NCBI GenBank assembly: GCA_963713795.1
Contig: CAVQNC010000010.1
Span: 346,375-410,374 of the forward strand
Origin: an uncultured Chloroflexia bacterium
GTDB lineage: Bacteria; Chloroflexota; Limnocylindria; Limnocylindrales; CSP1-4
Direction: 5' to 3'
Length of the DNA: 64,000 bases
Shown here: positions 53,990 to 64,000 of the stretch, piece after piece
Numbering within the stretch: the first letter of the stretch is position 1
How the letters are laid out: the number at the start of each line of letters is the position of its first letter
The notes under the pieces: generated by a model
Database searches by the model: none
Told to the model about the DNA's origin: nothing
Seen by the model: the letters and a program-made list of their open reading frames with translations, nothing else
Translations under genes and position numbers: made by a program

Positions 53990-54770
53990 TCGCTCGTTCC
54001 CCTGCCGCCCTTGCCCGAGCAGCGGCGGATTGCGGAGGTGCTGGACCGGGCGGAGGCGCTGCGGGCCAAGCGCCGCGCCGCCCTCGCCCAACTCGACACC
54101 CTCACCCAATCCATCTTCCTCGACATGTTCGGCGACCCCAGCCACGAATCCAAGCGGTTGGCCATTCGCCGATGATCGATCTGGTCGATCCCGAGCGACC
54201 GATCAGTCACAGGGAATAACTTCATGCGCCGGACCTGACAATCCCGGGAGTCAGATATGTGCGAGTCGTCGACATCAAGTCGGACGAATCGATACTCTCC
54301 GGCTATCCGAACGAGCGACCGAGGGCCATCTCTGCGATGAGTCTGGCCGTGCTCGCTTCTGAGGCCGGGATCGATCTTGATTACCTGCATTCGCGGGCAG
54401 CCGTGGGTAGCATGGCAATCGTCCCATGCCAGACCTCGAAGTGAGCGAATCAATCAGCAAGATACCGCTCGCCTCTCAATGTGGAGCTCAGTCCCATCTT
54501 CTATCTGCGAGCTGTCTTCGCACGGCAAGCGCTGATCAACAATGCGATCGATGAGCATCCATGAAAGGTGCTTGCAGTCCGAGCAAGATCGCGGTTCGAT
54601 GCGAAGATAATGCCTGATATGCCCGCCGCTATCGCGCTGCAGCATGAGTTTGCCGAGCCGTGTCGCGGCGGTCGAGCGCTCGAAAGCCGCCCATGCATCC
54701 TCACTCGCCGAACTCGAGGCCCTCTTCGCCTCGCTCCAGCATCGCGCCTTCCGGGGGGAATTGTGACGTG
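53990..54770 (+). pseudogene. hsdS: HsdS specificity-subunit remnants (conserved C-terminal segments only)
   Basis: [47 protein letters not shown] at about 53990-54175 and SLAELEALFASLQHRAFRGEL at about 54700-54768; no target-recognition domains are left. Confidence 0.6.
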
Positions 54771-54774
54771 AGTG

Positions 54775-55504
54775 CCGTTCCGCCGTTCCCAGAGGGTCAG
54801 ATTGAGGCTCTCGCCGTTGTGCTGGGGGAGTGCGGGACAGGAACGGACATCACGCATGTGTTGAATGATCGCGGTCTCCCGGACAACTTCGGCGAAACGA
54901 CGAAGTGGAGGCGTTTGTACGCGATCTTCCTTGAGAGCCCAGCGCAAGGATCAGTCGGCGAATCGCGTACTCGACTTCGTTCGAGCCTTCCTCTTGCCCG
55001 TCCGTTTCGTTGGTCGCGGTGAGGAATTCGAGGACCCGGCGACAGGAGCTGAATAGGATCCTATCGTTCTCGGGCACTTGAGTACGGTAAGTGACGTGCG
55101 AGTTCAGGCGCACTGAAGCAGTGCCGACGCTGGACGAGGCCGAGGTGCGGGCGAGGACCATCCAGGCCAAGTTCAAAGGGCGGCGGATCCACCCCGAAGT
55201 CCTCAAGTATTGCCGCGCCGAGTTGATGCGGGACGATTACTTCCACGCGGTATTCGAGGCTTCGAAGGGGCTTGCGCAGCGAATCCGAGAGATGTCCGGC
55301 GCCACCGGGGACGGCGCCGCGCTTGTGGAACAGGTGTTTTCGCTCGAACAGCCGCTGCTTGCATTCAACTCCCTGCGGACCGATACGGAGAAGTCCGAGC
55401 ACAAAGGCTTCGCCGCTCTTCTGAAGGGGTGTTTCGGAGCGGTGCGCAACCCATTGGCTCATCAGCCAAAGCTCCTGTGGCAAGGGAGAGGACGACGCCG
55501 CTGA
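54775..55504 (+). pseudogene. TIGR02391/Ymh-family protein (common Type I R-M accessory), frameshifted
   Basis: ...KWRRLYAIFLESPAQ | RKDQSANRVLDFVRAFLLPVRFV... | EAEVRARTIQAKFKGRRIHPEVLKYCRAELMRDDYFHAVFEASK...RNPLAHQPK, the family hallmarks, split over three frames. Confidence 0.6.
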
Positions 55505-55551
55505 CTACCTGACTACTTGGATCTCGCTCCTGCATCGGAAGCTGGACGACT

Positions 55552-58500
55552 GTGTGTCCACTCGAACCGGGCGGGGCTGACGTGAGCCAGTTCGCCTTCC
55601 TCCAGCGCGAATGGCCGGCTGTGTTCGAGGCCGCGGCCAGGGCCGAGGCGGCGGTGCATCCGGACCCGCGGGCGGCCTGCTTCTACGCCCGGCGGGCGCT
55701 CGAGCTGGCGGTGGCGTGGGCATACAAGCACGACGCCGCGCTGCGGCTGCCCTACCAGGACAACCTCTCGGCGCTGATCCACGAGCCGACCTTCAAGCTG
55801 GCTGCGGGCGAGGCGGTCTTCAACAAGGCGCGCGTGATCAACACGCTCGGCAATCGCGCCGTCCACAGCCACAACGCGATCCCGCGGACGACGCGCTGGC
55901 GGCGGTGCGCGAGCTGTTCCATGTCTGCTACTGGCTCGCCCGCACCTACGCGCGCGAGGCGCGACCGGCGCCGGACCTGGCCTTCGACCCCGGCGCTCTG
56001 CCGAGGACGCGCTCGTCCCGAAGCAGACCGCCGAGCAGCTGCAGCAGCTCGAGGCCGCGCTGCGCGAGCGCGACGAGAAGCTCGCCGTCGCTGCTGGCCG
56101 ACGAGACCGCGCTCGACGAGGAGCTGAAGCGCCTGCGCGCCAGGTGGCCGAGGCCAAGAAGGCCGCGGCGGCGCAGCCCGACACGCACGACTATTCGAAG
56201 CCGAGACGCGCGACTACTTCATCGATCTGCTGCTCAAGGAAGCGGGCTGGCCGCTGCGACCAGGCGCGCGATCGGGAGTTCGAAGTCGCCGGCATGCCCA
56301 ACACCCAGGAGCAAGGGCTTCGTCGACTACGTGCTCTGGGGCGACGACGGCAAGCCGCTCGGCCTGGTCGAAGCCAAGCGCACGCGGCGCGACCCGCGCG
56401 TGGGCCAGCAGCAGGCCAAGCTCTACGCCGACTGCCTGGAGCGCCAGTTCGGCCAGCGCCCGGTGATCTTCTACTCCAACGGCTACGAGCACTGGATCTG
56501 GGACGACACGAGCTATCCGCCGCGCCGGGTCCAGGGCTTCTACAAGAAGGCCGAGCTGGAGCTGCTGATCCAGCGCCGAGCCAGCCGCAAGCCCCTCGCC
56601 TCGGCCGAGATCAACGGCGCGATCGTCGAGCGCTACTACCAGACGCGCGGCCATCCGCCGCATCGCCGAGGCCTTCGAGCGCGACCACGACCGCAAGGCG
56701 CTGCTGGTCATGGCCACCGGCGCGGGCAAGACCCGCACGGTCATCGCGCTGTGCGACCTGCTGATGCGCTGCAACTGGGCCAAGCGCGTGCTGTTCCTCG
56801 CGGACCGCGTCGCGCTGGTCAAGCAGGCGGTGAACGCCTTCAAGCGCCACCTGCCGGACTGCGTCGCCGGTGAACCTGGTCACCGAGAAGCGACGCCGAG
56901 GGCCGCGTCTTCGTCTCCACCTATCCGACGATGATGGGGCTGATCGACGAGACGGCGGACGGCCAGCGGCGCTTCGGCGCCGGCCATTTCGATCTCGTGA
57001 TCATCGACGAGGCGCACCGCTCGGTCTTCCAGAAGTACCGCGCCATCTTCGACTACTTCGACTCGCTGCTGGTCGGCCTGACGGCGACGCCCAAGGACGA
57101 GATCGACCGCAACACCTACAGCCTGTTCGACCTCGAAAACGGCGTGCCGACCGACGCCTACTCGCTCGAAGAGGCGGTGCGCGACGGCTTCCTCGTGCCG
57201 CCGAAGGCCGTGTCGGTGCCGCTCAAGTTCCAGCGCGAGGGCATCAGGTACGACGAGCTGTCCGAGGACGAGAAGGACCAGTGGGACGCGCTCGAGTGGG
57301 ACGAGGAGGGCGACGGTCCCGGACCGCGTCGAGGCCGCGGCGCGTCAACAAGTGGCTGTTCAACAAGGACACGGTGGACAAGGTGCTGGCGCACCTGATG
57401 ACCCGCGGCCTGACGGTCGCCGGCGGCGACCGCCTGGGCAAGACGATCATCTTCGCCAAGAACCAGGACCACGCCGAGTTCATCGCCGAGCGCTTCAACG
57501 CCAACTACCCGCACTACCAGCGGCGAGTTCGCCCGCGTCATCACCTTCAAGACCGAGTACGCCCAGAGCCTGATCGACGACTTCTCGAACAAGGAGCAAG
57601 GCGCCGCACATCGCCATCTCGGTGGACATGCTCGACACCGGCATCGACATCCCCGAGGTCGTGAACCTGGTCTTCTTCAAGCTGGTGCGCTCGAAGACCA
57701 AGTTCTGGCAGATGCTCGGCCGCGGCACGCGCCTCTGCCCGGACCTGTTCGGGCCGGGCAAGGACAAGGAGTTGCTTCCAGCTCTTCGACTACTGCCGGA
57801 ACCTGGAGTTCTTCAGCCAGAACCCGGAGACGACCGAGGGCGCGGCTGGGCGAGTCGCTGGGCAAGCGGCTGTTCGTGACGCGGCTGGAGCTGGTCGAGG
57901 AGCTGGACAAGCGCGTGGGCGCCGGTCGCCGGCCCGGCGGCCGCGGCGACAGCCATGGCGCCCTACGGCGACCCGACGACCGAGGCGGAGGTGCGCGGCG
58001 CGCTCGGCCGAGTCGCTGCATCGCGAAGTGGCCGCGATGAACCTGGACAACTTCGTCGTCCGGCCGCAGCGGCGGCTCGTCGAGAAGTACGCCAAGCCCG
58101 AGGCCTGGGCGTCGTTGTCGCGCGAGGCGCTCGCGCGAGCTGGCGCACGAGGTCGCCGGCCTGCCGGCGGAGCTGGACGCGGAGGCCGAAGAGGCCAAGC
58201 GGTTCGACCTGCTGATCCTCAACCTGCAGCTGGCGCTGCTCCGATCCGAGCCCGGCTTCGAGCGACTGCGCGATCAGGTCAAGGCCATCGCCGGCCTGCT
58301 GGAGGAGAAGTCCGCCATCCCGATGGTCCGGGCCCAGATGGCGCTGATCCAGGACGTCCAGACCGACGAGTGGTGGGTCAGGACGTCACCGTCCCGATGC
58401 TGGAGCTGGTTCGCCGCCGCCTGCGCGATCTGGCCAAGCTGATCGAGAAGCAGAAGCGCCGCGTCGTCTTCGCCGACTTCGAGGACGAGATGGGCGCCGA

Positions 58501-59011
58501 GGAGCGGGTCGATCTGCCCGGCCTCGCCGCCGGCTGGGACTTCGAGAAGTTCCGCGCCAAGGCGCAGGTCTTCCTGCGCGAGCACCAGGATCACGTCGCC
58601 ATCCGGAAGCTGCGGATGAACAAGCCGCTGACGGCCGGCGACCTGGCCGAACTGGAGCGCATGCTGGTGGAGAGCGGCGTCGGCGGGCCCGATCAGATCG
58701 ACCGCGCCAAGCAGGAGTCGCACGGCCTCGGCCTGTTCGTCCGTTCGCTGGTCGGCCTGGATCGAGGCGCCGCCAAGGAGGCCCTGGCCGGGTTCCTGTC
58801 GGGCAAGACGCTGGGCGCCAACCAGATCGAGTTCGTCAACCTGATCGTCGACCACCTGACCGAGCACGGCGTCATGCCCGCCGCGCTGCTCTACGAGTCG
58901 CCCTTCACCGACATCACGCCGCGCGGCCCGGACGGCCTCTTCGCCTCGGCCGAGGTGGACGAGCTGATCGCCACGCTTCTGCGGGTCAGGGCCACGGCGG
59001 TCGCGGCCTGA
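55552..59011 (+). pseudogene. hsdR: Type I restriction enzyme R subunit HsdR, disrupted by many frameshifts
   Basis: N-terminal domain FAFLQREWPAVFEAA...; KGFVDYVLWGDDGKPLGLVEAKR; helicase motifs [44 protein letters not shown]; these are distributed over all three forward frames. Confidence 0.8.
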
Positions 59012-59218
59012 GGCCAGGCTGGAGGAACGCCGAGCCCGCACACGATGAGCAGATAGTCCCAATCGGAGTTGCCTGTCCCGACTGATTCCTCGGTGGAGTG
59101 CTCGCTAGACTTGCCAGGGCAAATGCGGCACGTTCACGGGCGACAATCTCGAATGGTCTGTGGCCGGCAAGGCGACGGTTTCGCCCATTGTCTACGCCCA
59201 GCCGAGGGAGGCTAACTC

Positions 59219-60028
59219 ATGGGCCTGAGTCATTCTCACGGGGTGGTGACCATCGAGCAGGGGAAGGTCGTCAACGCGACCCATGGGAAGAACCTGGTTA
59301 CTCGCAAGGAGTGGCAGAAGGTAGACCGGATCCCCGTCGCAGGGATCAGGAACGTGTTGGTGCAGAGCCGGGATCGGCTGACGTTTCAGTTCGAGGCGAT
59401 GGACGTGCGAGGCAAGGCAGTCCTGAGCATCGAAGGCTGCACGTCCAAGCCAGAGCTCGACGCCTTCTTCCGTGAGCTTGTCTCTGCCAACCCCAACATC
59501 GTCGTCGAGCTCGCCCATCCCAGCCACGGTCTGACCGATCTCGAACACGAGGCTGCCGAGAAGGAAGCCAAGCGCGCCATCAAGTTCAACGAGGAAGAAG
59601 AGAAGCGACGCAAGGCCGCGTTGGGTCTCCGCCCCGAGGTCAAGGTCAAGATCTACGACAACCACAAGGACTACGAGCACGACGCAAAGAAGATGTCCAA
59701 GGACGGCTGGATGCCGGAAGGTCAGACAGGAGGCCGGGGCGGAGCGTCCCTTGCCGGAACCGGCGCCAAGATCCTCCCCAACTGGCTGGGGCTCGGGGCC
59801 ATCACGGGTTTCAGCCGCAAAGGCGACAAGATCACGGTCACGTGGGTCAAGCAACCGCCGGGCTTTGTCCCAAAGGATTACCTCGATGTGCCCGAGGTAC
59901 CCGCGCCCAGGGTGTTTCCCCACGAACCTATTTCCAGGCACGACTCCTCCAGCCCGTTCAAGCGCGGTCAGGAGTTCTTGGTCGGCTGGGCTCTGCCGGT
60001 AGCGACCCGGACCGTGCCGCGCCTATAA
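59219..60028 (+). CDS. Hypothetical Lys-rich protein
   Basis: 269-aa ORF, compositionally distinct from the flanks (lower GC, K-rich); no motif recognised. Confidence 0.45.
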   Translation: MGLSHSHGVVTIEQGKVVNATHGKNLVTRKEWQKVDRIPVAGIRNVLVQSRDRLTFQFEAMDVRGKAVLSIEGCTSKPELDAFFRELVSANPNIVVELAHPSHGLTDLEHEAAEKEAKRAIKFNEEEEKRRKAALGLRPEVKVKIYDNHKDYEHDAKKMSKDGWMPEGQTGGRGGASLAGTGAKILPNWLGLGAITGFSRKGDKITVTWVKQPPGFVPKDYLDVPEVPAPRVFPHEPISRHDSSSPFKRGQEFLVGWALPVATRTVPRL

Positions 60029-60078
60029 CTCCGGAGCCCACGGCACCTCCGCCCGACCAGTCTGCCGGCGCGCCGGAA

Positions 60079-60186
60079 ATGAGCATTGGGGACAAGCTCC
60101 GCCAACTGGCGGCGCTGCGTGACGACGGGATCATCTCGGCCGAGGAGTTCGAGGCGAAGAAGGCGGAGCTGCTTCGCGCCTTCTAG
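60079..60186 (+). CDS. Stand-alone SHOCT-domain mini-protein (35 aa)
   Basis: MSIGDKLRQLAALRDDGIISAEEFEAKKAELLRAF is essentially a complete SHOCT consensus. Confidence 0.4.
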   Translation: MSIGDKLRQLAALRDDGIISAEEFEAKKAELLRAF

Positions 60187-60338
60187 ATGCGACCTAACCC
60201 GGCCGCTGCCATCGTCCCACTCCCGAGGTCTGGCGACTATCCAGCGATCGTGCTGGTCGGAGTTCGCGACCTGAGCGGTCATGACCAGGGTCTGGGAGGC
60301 CAGACGGGCGTTCGGTCAGCTGCCGTGGCTGGACGGGC

Positions 60339-60653
60339 TCAATTCCTGCGAGTTGGGAGACCCCGATTGGTCCTCGATTGCTCCGGCTCAGCTGCGACTC
60401 TGCCGGCCTCCCAAGGGTACGCCCTCCCACATTCTGGACAGTACGGGCTCGGCTGCGCCATAGCAGCGCCAAGCACGAGAACACCCTCGGCGATGTAGTC
60501 GCCTTGAATGGGTTTTCCGCAGCCTTCACAGGCGCTTATCGCTGGCTGCCCGCATTGAGGACAGAATGGCTTGTTGAATTGGGGTCGACTGCCGGCTCGG
60601 TCATTGATGACGTGGCCTGACCGACAGACGACGGCGGTGTCGTAATGTCCCAT
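60339..60653 (-). CDS. Zinc-ribbon protein (two CxxC pairs plus extra Cys/His)
   Basis: CRSGH...CPQCGQ...CEGCGK...CPECGR. Confidence 0.5.
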   Translation of the reverse strand: MGHYDTAVVCRSGHVINDRAGSRPQFNKPFCPQCGQPAISACEGCGKPIQGDYIAEGVLVLGAAMAQPSPYCPECGRAYPWEAGRVAAEPEQSRTNRGLPTRRN

Positions 60654-60722
60654 GACGTTGCCAGCATGCGAGTGGGATACGGCGCATCGGCAGCGGCGTC
60701 ACGAGGGAGGCCAGACAACAGG

Positions 60723-61529
60723 ATGGCGAAGGAGTCTGCGGCAGCCTCTGATGGTGAGGCTCAGGATGTCGCGGCCGAGGCGACGAGCCCGGTGGGGGGT
60801 ACAGACGAAGCCGAGCTACGGGAGTGGCATCGGCGGAATTGTCAGATGTTCGATGCCTTTGGCGCCCAGGTAGCACAGGTGATCAAGGTCGCCCTGCGAG
60901 AAGTTGGCATCCAATTCCAGGACGTGTTCAGCCGCACCAAAGGTGAAGAGAGCTTTCTTGAGAAGGCCAAACACTACGACGACCCTCGGGCGGAGGTTCA
61001 GGACCTCGTTGGATTGCGCGTGATCACCTATTTCAGCGGGGAGATCGACCGCGTTGAGCAGAGGCTAAACGCCCTCTTTGCGGTCGACTCGTCGCTCACC
61101 GCAGACAAGGGTAGTGATCTGGGGCCGGATCGGCTCGGATACCGTGCGCGCCATTTCGTCTGCAGAATTGGACCAGATCGAGAGCAACTCGCCGACTGGA
61201 AGTCGTTCAAGGGGATCCGGTTCGAAGTGCAAGTCACCACTGTCTTGGGGCATGCGTGGTCAGAATTCGAACACGACCGAGGCTACAAATATCGAGGCCA
61301 GCTTCCGCCAGAGCTCGAACGTCGACTTAATCTGGCCGCAGGGCTACTCGAGGTGGCGGACCGTGAACTCGATGCGCTTGCTAAGGAGATCTCAAGGTAT
61401 ACAGCGGAAGTCGCGGAGACGATCGGTCGCCGAGATGGGGCGCTGGCGAAGATCGACTTGAATGCCATCTCTTTGCGTGAGCTCCTGCTGGAACGGCTCC
61501 CTGCCTCGGTCGCGTCCGGCGCGATTTAG
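60723..61529 (+). CDS. RelA/SpoT-domain (small alarmone synthetase/toxSAS-like) nucleotidyltransferase
   Basis: DLVGLRVITYF, YRARHFVCR, EVQVTTVLGHAWSEFEHD, the RSD synthetase motifs with catalytic D/G/R and E.Q residues present; the likely start is MAKESAAA (the track start at 60645 would overlap the divergent gene). Confidence 0.7.
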   Translation: MAKESAAASDGEAQDVAAEATSPVGGTDEAELREWHRRNCQMFDAFGAQVAQVIKVALREVGIQFQDVFSRTKGEESFLEKAKHYDDPRAEVQDLVGLRVITYFSGEIDRVEQRLNALFAVDSSLTADKGSDLGPDRLGYRARHFVCRIGPDREQLADWKSFKGIRFEVQVTTVLGHAWSEFEHDRGYKYRGQLPPELERRLNLAAGLLEVADRELDALAKEISRYTAEVAETIGRRDGALAKIDLNAISLRELLLERLPASVASGAI

Positions 61530-61606
61530 CCGGATTCCTCGAGCCCGGACTCCTCGGAGTTGGCCTGTCCGAACTCCGGGCGTTTGGCGTCCGGACGCTC
61601 GACCAG

Positions 61607-61849
61607 GTGGCCGACCTCATCCCGGCTTCCTACGACAAGCTTCACTCGACGATCATCTCGGGAAACACTCTAATCGGCGTCGTGCGCGATCTGATGATGA
61701 TTGCCGACGCTGATCGGTACTTCGCGGTGGCCTGGAGAAACTCATGGCATGGTTGGCTGCCGGACAACCTAGTTCTTCTGCGCAAGTTTCATATCGATAC
61801 GACTGGGCTCCTGAAGCGGTATGGCTTGTTCATCGACAGCGAAACGTAA
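61607..61849 (+). CDS. Small hypothetical ORF downstream of the RelA/SpoT gene
   Basis: 80-aa ORF with unusually low GC; no motif recognised. Confidence 0.25.
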   Translation: MADLIPASYDKLHSTIISGNTLIGVVRDLMMIADADRYFAVAWRNSWHGWLPDNLVLLRKFHIDTTGLLKRYGLFIDSET

Positions 61850-62399
61850 CCGTCTGGACAAGGCGAGAGAGGTCGACCTTCGGTGTCGATGCCAGGCGCT
61901 TCGATTTGCCTGACTCTGGGGACCTGTCACGCACGAAGGGTGCTTGGTTTCGACCTTCAGGGCCGAGGTCCGCCTGCTGAGGTCCTGTTTGTTAAGTAGG
62001 TGCAACTCGGACCTCTTGGGCCCCAGCCCAGCCATGGGGCGATCTCCATGACGCGACCCGGTCAAGATGCCGCTCGTCGAAGTTCATCGCGGCTGAACCA
62101 AGAGGTAGACCGCACGATCATGGCGTCGGATATGGATGCCATTCCGCTCCGGGGTCCGCAGCCGGCCCTCGACCGCAGCACTAGCCGGGCCCGTGCCAGG
62201 TACCCAAGCTCGCCGATACCGTACCCGCCGGATTTGGGCGACTCCGTGACCCTGCGCCAGCACGTCGCATCACCAGCCGCCCAACGGCACGCCCTTCGTT
62301 TCAGCCTCTTAGAAGGGGCAACGCCGATTGGGGACACCACCCATACTGGTAGCGACACACTCCTGACTCGGGAAGTGAAGAGGCGGACGGGAGGACGTC

Positions 62400-62882
62400 G
62401 TGGCTCGAAGGACACCCGCGGAGTTAGTGGAGGCTCGAAAGGCTGCGGCGGCAGCACGAGCCGAGGAAGCGAGAGCCCAGGCTGAGGCGGAAGATAAAGC
62501 AGAGCGCGAGCTCAGGGCCTACAACGAGCGGCTGCGAACGAGTCGAGAGAAGCACCGGCAGCTTGTCAGCGCGGCCGACGGGATATACGACGAGATCGAC
62601 AAGCTCAGTCGGAAGTGGCCGACCGTTCCAGTAACCGAGCGGATGGTCGCCAGAACGAACAAGGTGCTAACCGAGACCAGGGCACTGTTCGCGGACGAGC
62701 CGGACATGTTCATCGATGGTCTCGACGACATCGTGTCCGCGGGCAATCCACCGGAAACACGCGATGTGGTGCTGATCCTGCGCGAAGCCAGGGATGCATT
62801 GACCCGGTACGAAGCTAAGTACGACGCGGATTGGGCCGAGATGGCCGAGCACGACGACGACGAGGACGACGAGGACGATTAG
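62400..62882 (+). CDS. Hypothetical coiled-coil protein with an acidic tail
   Basis: Ala/Glu/Arg-rich N-terminal helix, DDDEDDEDD terminus; stop abuts the next start. Confidence 0.4.
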   Translation: MARRTPAELVEARKAAAAARAEEARAQAEAEDKAERELRAYNERLRTSREKHRQLVSAADGIYDEIDKLSRKWPTVPVTERMVARTNKVLTETRALFADEPDMFIDGLDDIVSAGNPPETRDVVLILREARDALTRYEAKYDADWAEMAEHDDDEDDEDD

Positions 62883-63860
62883 TTGTCCGCCTCGCCAGCG
62901 CACCTCCCTCTACCGGCTGGGTTTGGCCTCCCGCTGAGCCAGGCCGAAGCCGACTTTGTCATCCCGGATCTTGCGTGCGACATTCCGGTTTGCATTGACC
63001 CCTTCTTGCTCTACAAGAGTCGGGACGAGGGGCTGCGCACGCTGCATGACCAGCTCCTGGCCGTCTTCCGCCACGGCTTCTCGCTCTACGAAGCAGGCGA
63101 TCGGAAGAGTCTCAACCGTCTGATCGACTTCCCGGAGGTGAATGCAATTGGCTTCGGCTACACGATCGGTGGCATCGGTGGCAGCGGACTTGGCTGGCAC
63201 CTTAATCAGCTCGTAGTCGATCTGCTCGAGTCAAGCGAAGAGGTCCGGACAAGGGGCCTCAGACATGTCGAAGAGCTACAACTCCTCTCGGTCGGGGTTG
63301 GCCCCGATCGGGTGAGCGACATCGCCGCTGGAGTGCTGAAGATCTCGCTCGTCGACTACACGCAGCGGCAAGCGGCGCTCTGGCACATTCCGATCACAGC
63401 CGGGGTCCCGCTAAACCACTACCTGGACCTCGAGGACATGGAGTGGCGCGACGGGTACTTCGACCTGCCCGTCAATCCGTTAAGCGGTAAAGCCTTGCTC
63501 CTCGTCCCTCGCCGGATCGTCCGGCTCCTGCCCTGGATCAACTACCAGGACTTCTACGGCAACGAGGCCAAGCTCCTCCTGCCGCCGCAGCCGCGGCTTC
63601 CTCGCTACCCAGGCATGAGCGCTGTCAAGCGCTACGAGATCGCCAAGACGGAACTCGTGCAGAAGGTGCGGCAGAGACCTGCCGTCTTTGAGCAGTACGT
63701 GGGCCGAAAAGAGCATGAGGCGTGGAAGGCGGAACCTTTGCTGCCGGACACCCAGGCGGAAGAGGAGCTACGCGCGACCGGCGCGGACCTGCGAAAACAA
63801 GCTCAAGGCTCTTCCAACCGGCGTCGCCGCAGCGGCGGACTACCAGCGACTCGTCTATGA
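62883..63860 (+). CDS. Hypothetical protein, probably continuing in another frame past 63800 to the window edge
   Basis: 325-aa ORF; downstream sequence continues coding-like in the +1 frame (YQRLVYEILNFLFEPELTGGDLEVSTYMGTERRDIIYWNE...). Confidence 0.4.
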   Translation: MSASPAHLPLPAGFGLPLSQAEADFVIPDLACDIPVCIDPFLLYKSRDEGLRTLHDQLLAVFRHGFSLYEAGDRKSLNRLIDFPEVNAIGFGYTIGGIGGSGLGWHLNQLVVDLLESSEEVRTRGLRHVEELQLLSVGVGPDRVSDIAAGVLKISLVDYTQRQAALWHIPITAGVPLNHYLDLEDMEWRDGYFDLPVNPLSGKALLLVPRRIVRLLPWINYQDFYGNEAKLLLPPQPRLPRYPGMSAVKRYEIAKTELVQKVRQRPAVFEQYVGRKEHEAWKAEPLLPDTQAEEELRATGADLRKQAQGSSNRRRRSGGLPATRL

Positions 63861-64000
63861 GATCCTCAACTTCCTCTTTGAACCCGAGCTGACCGGTGGG
63901 GACCTTGAGGTCAGCACCTACATGGGCACGGAGCGCCGCGACATCATCTACTGGAACGAGGCCGAGCACTCGTTCTGGAATACGTACGCGACACCTACAA

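Overview
High-GC (about 70%) window from an actinobacterium-like chromosome. Positions 1 to about 40.9 kb read as a core housekeeping backbone. It carries a hybrid PAS histidine kinase, a UvrD-family helicase-nuclease, murI, ychF, a mrfA/mrfB-like helicase/exonuclease repair operon, an FtsB-like division protein, tRNA-Met, ftsH, an M20 peptidase, thpR, trpB2, tyrA, and an ECF-sigma/NfeD/SPFH membrane module. The backbone is interrupted once by an IS630-family element and contains two short tandem-repeat arrays. At about 40.93 kb a comM/yifB-type Mg-chelatase-like ATPase gene is truncated, and a large serine recombinase gene on the minus strand reads across the break. From here to the window end (at least 23 kb) the sequence looks like an integrated genomic island. 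Its visible cargo includes a family-4 uracil-DNA glycosylase, a decayed IS3 element, a block of secreted or zinc-finger or SHOCT hypothetical proteins, and a complete Type I restriction-modification locus (hsdM-hsdS-ymh-hsdR) that is shredded by many single-nucleotide frameshifts. It ends with a zinc-ribbon/RelA-SpoT (toxSAS-like) gene pair and further unknowns running off the window. Many long antisense ORFs in the six-frame track are high-GC artefacts and were rejected. All calls come from reading motifs in the supplied translations; no searches were run.
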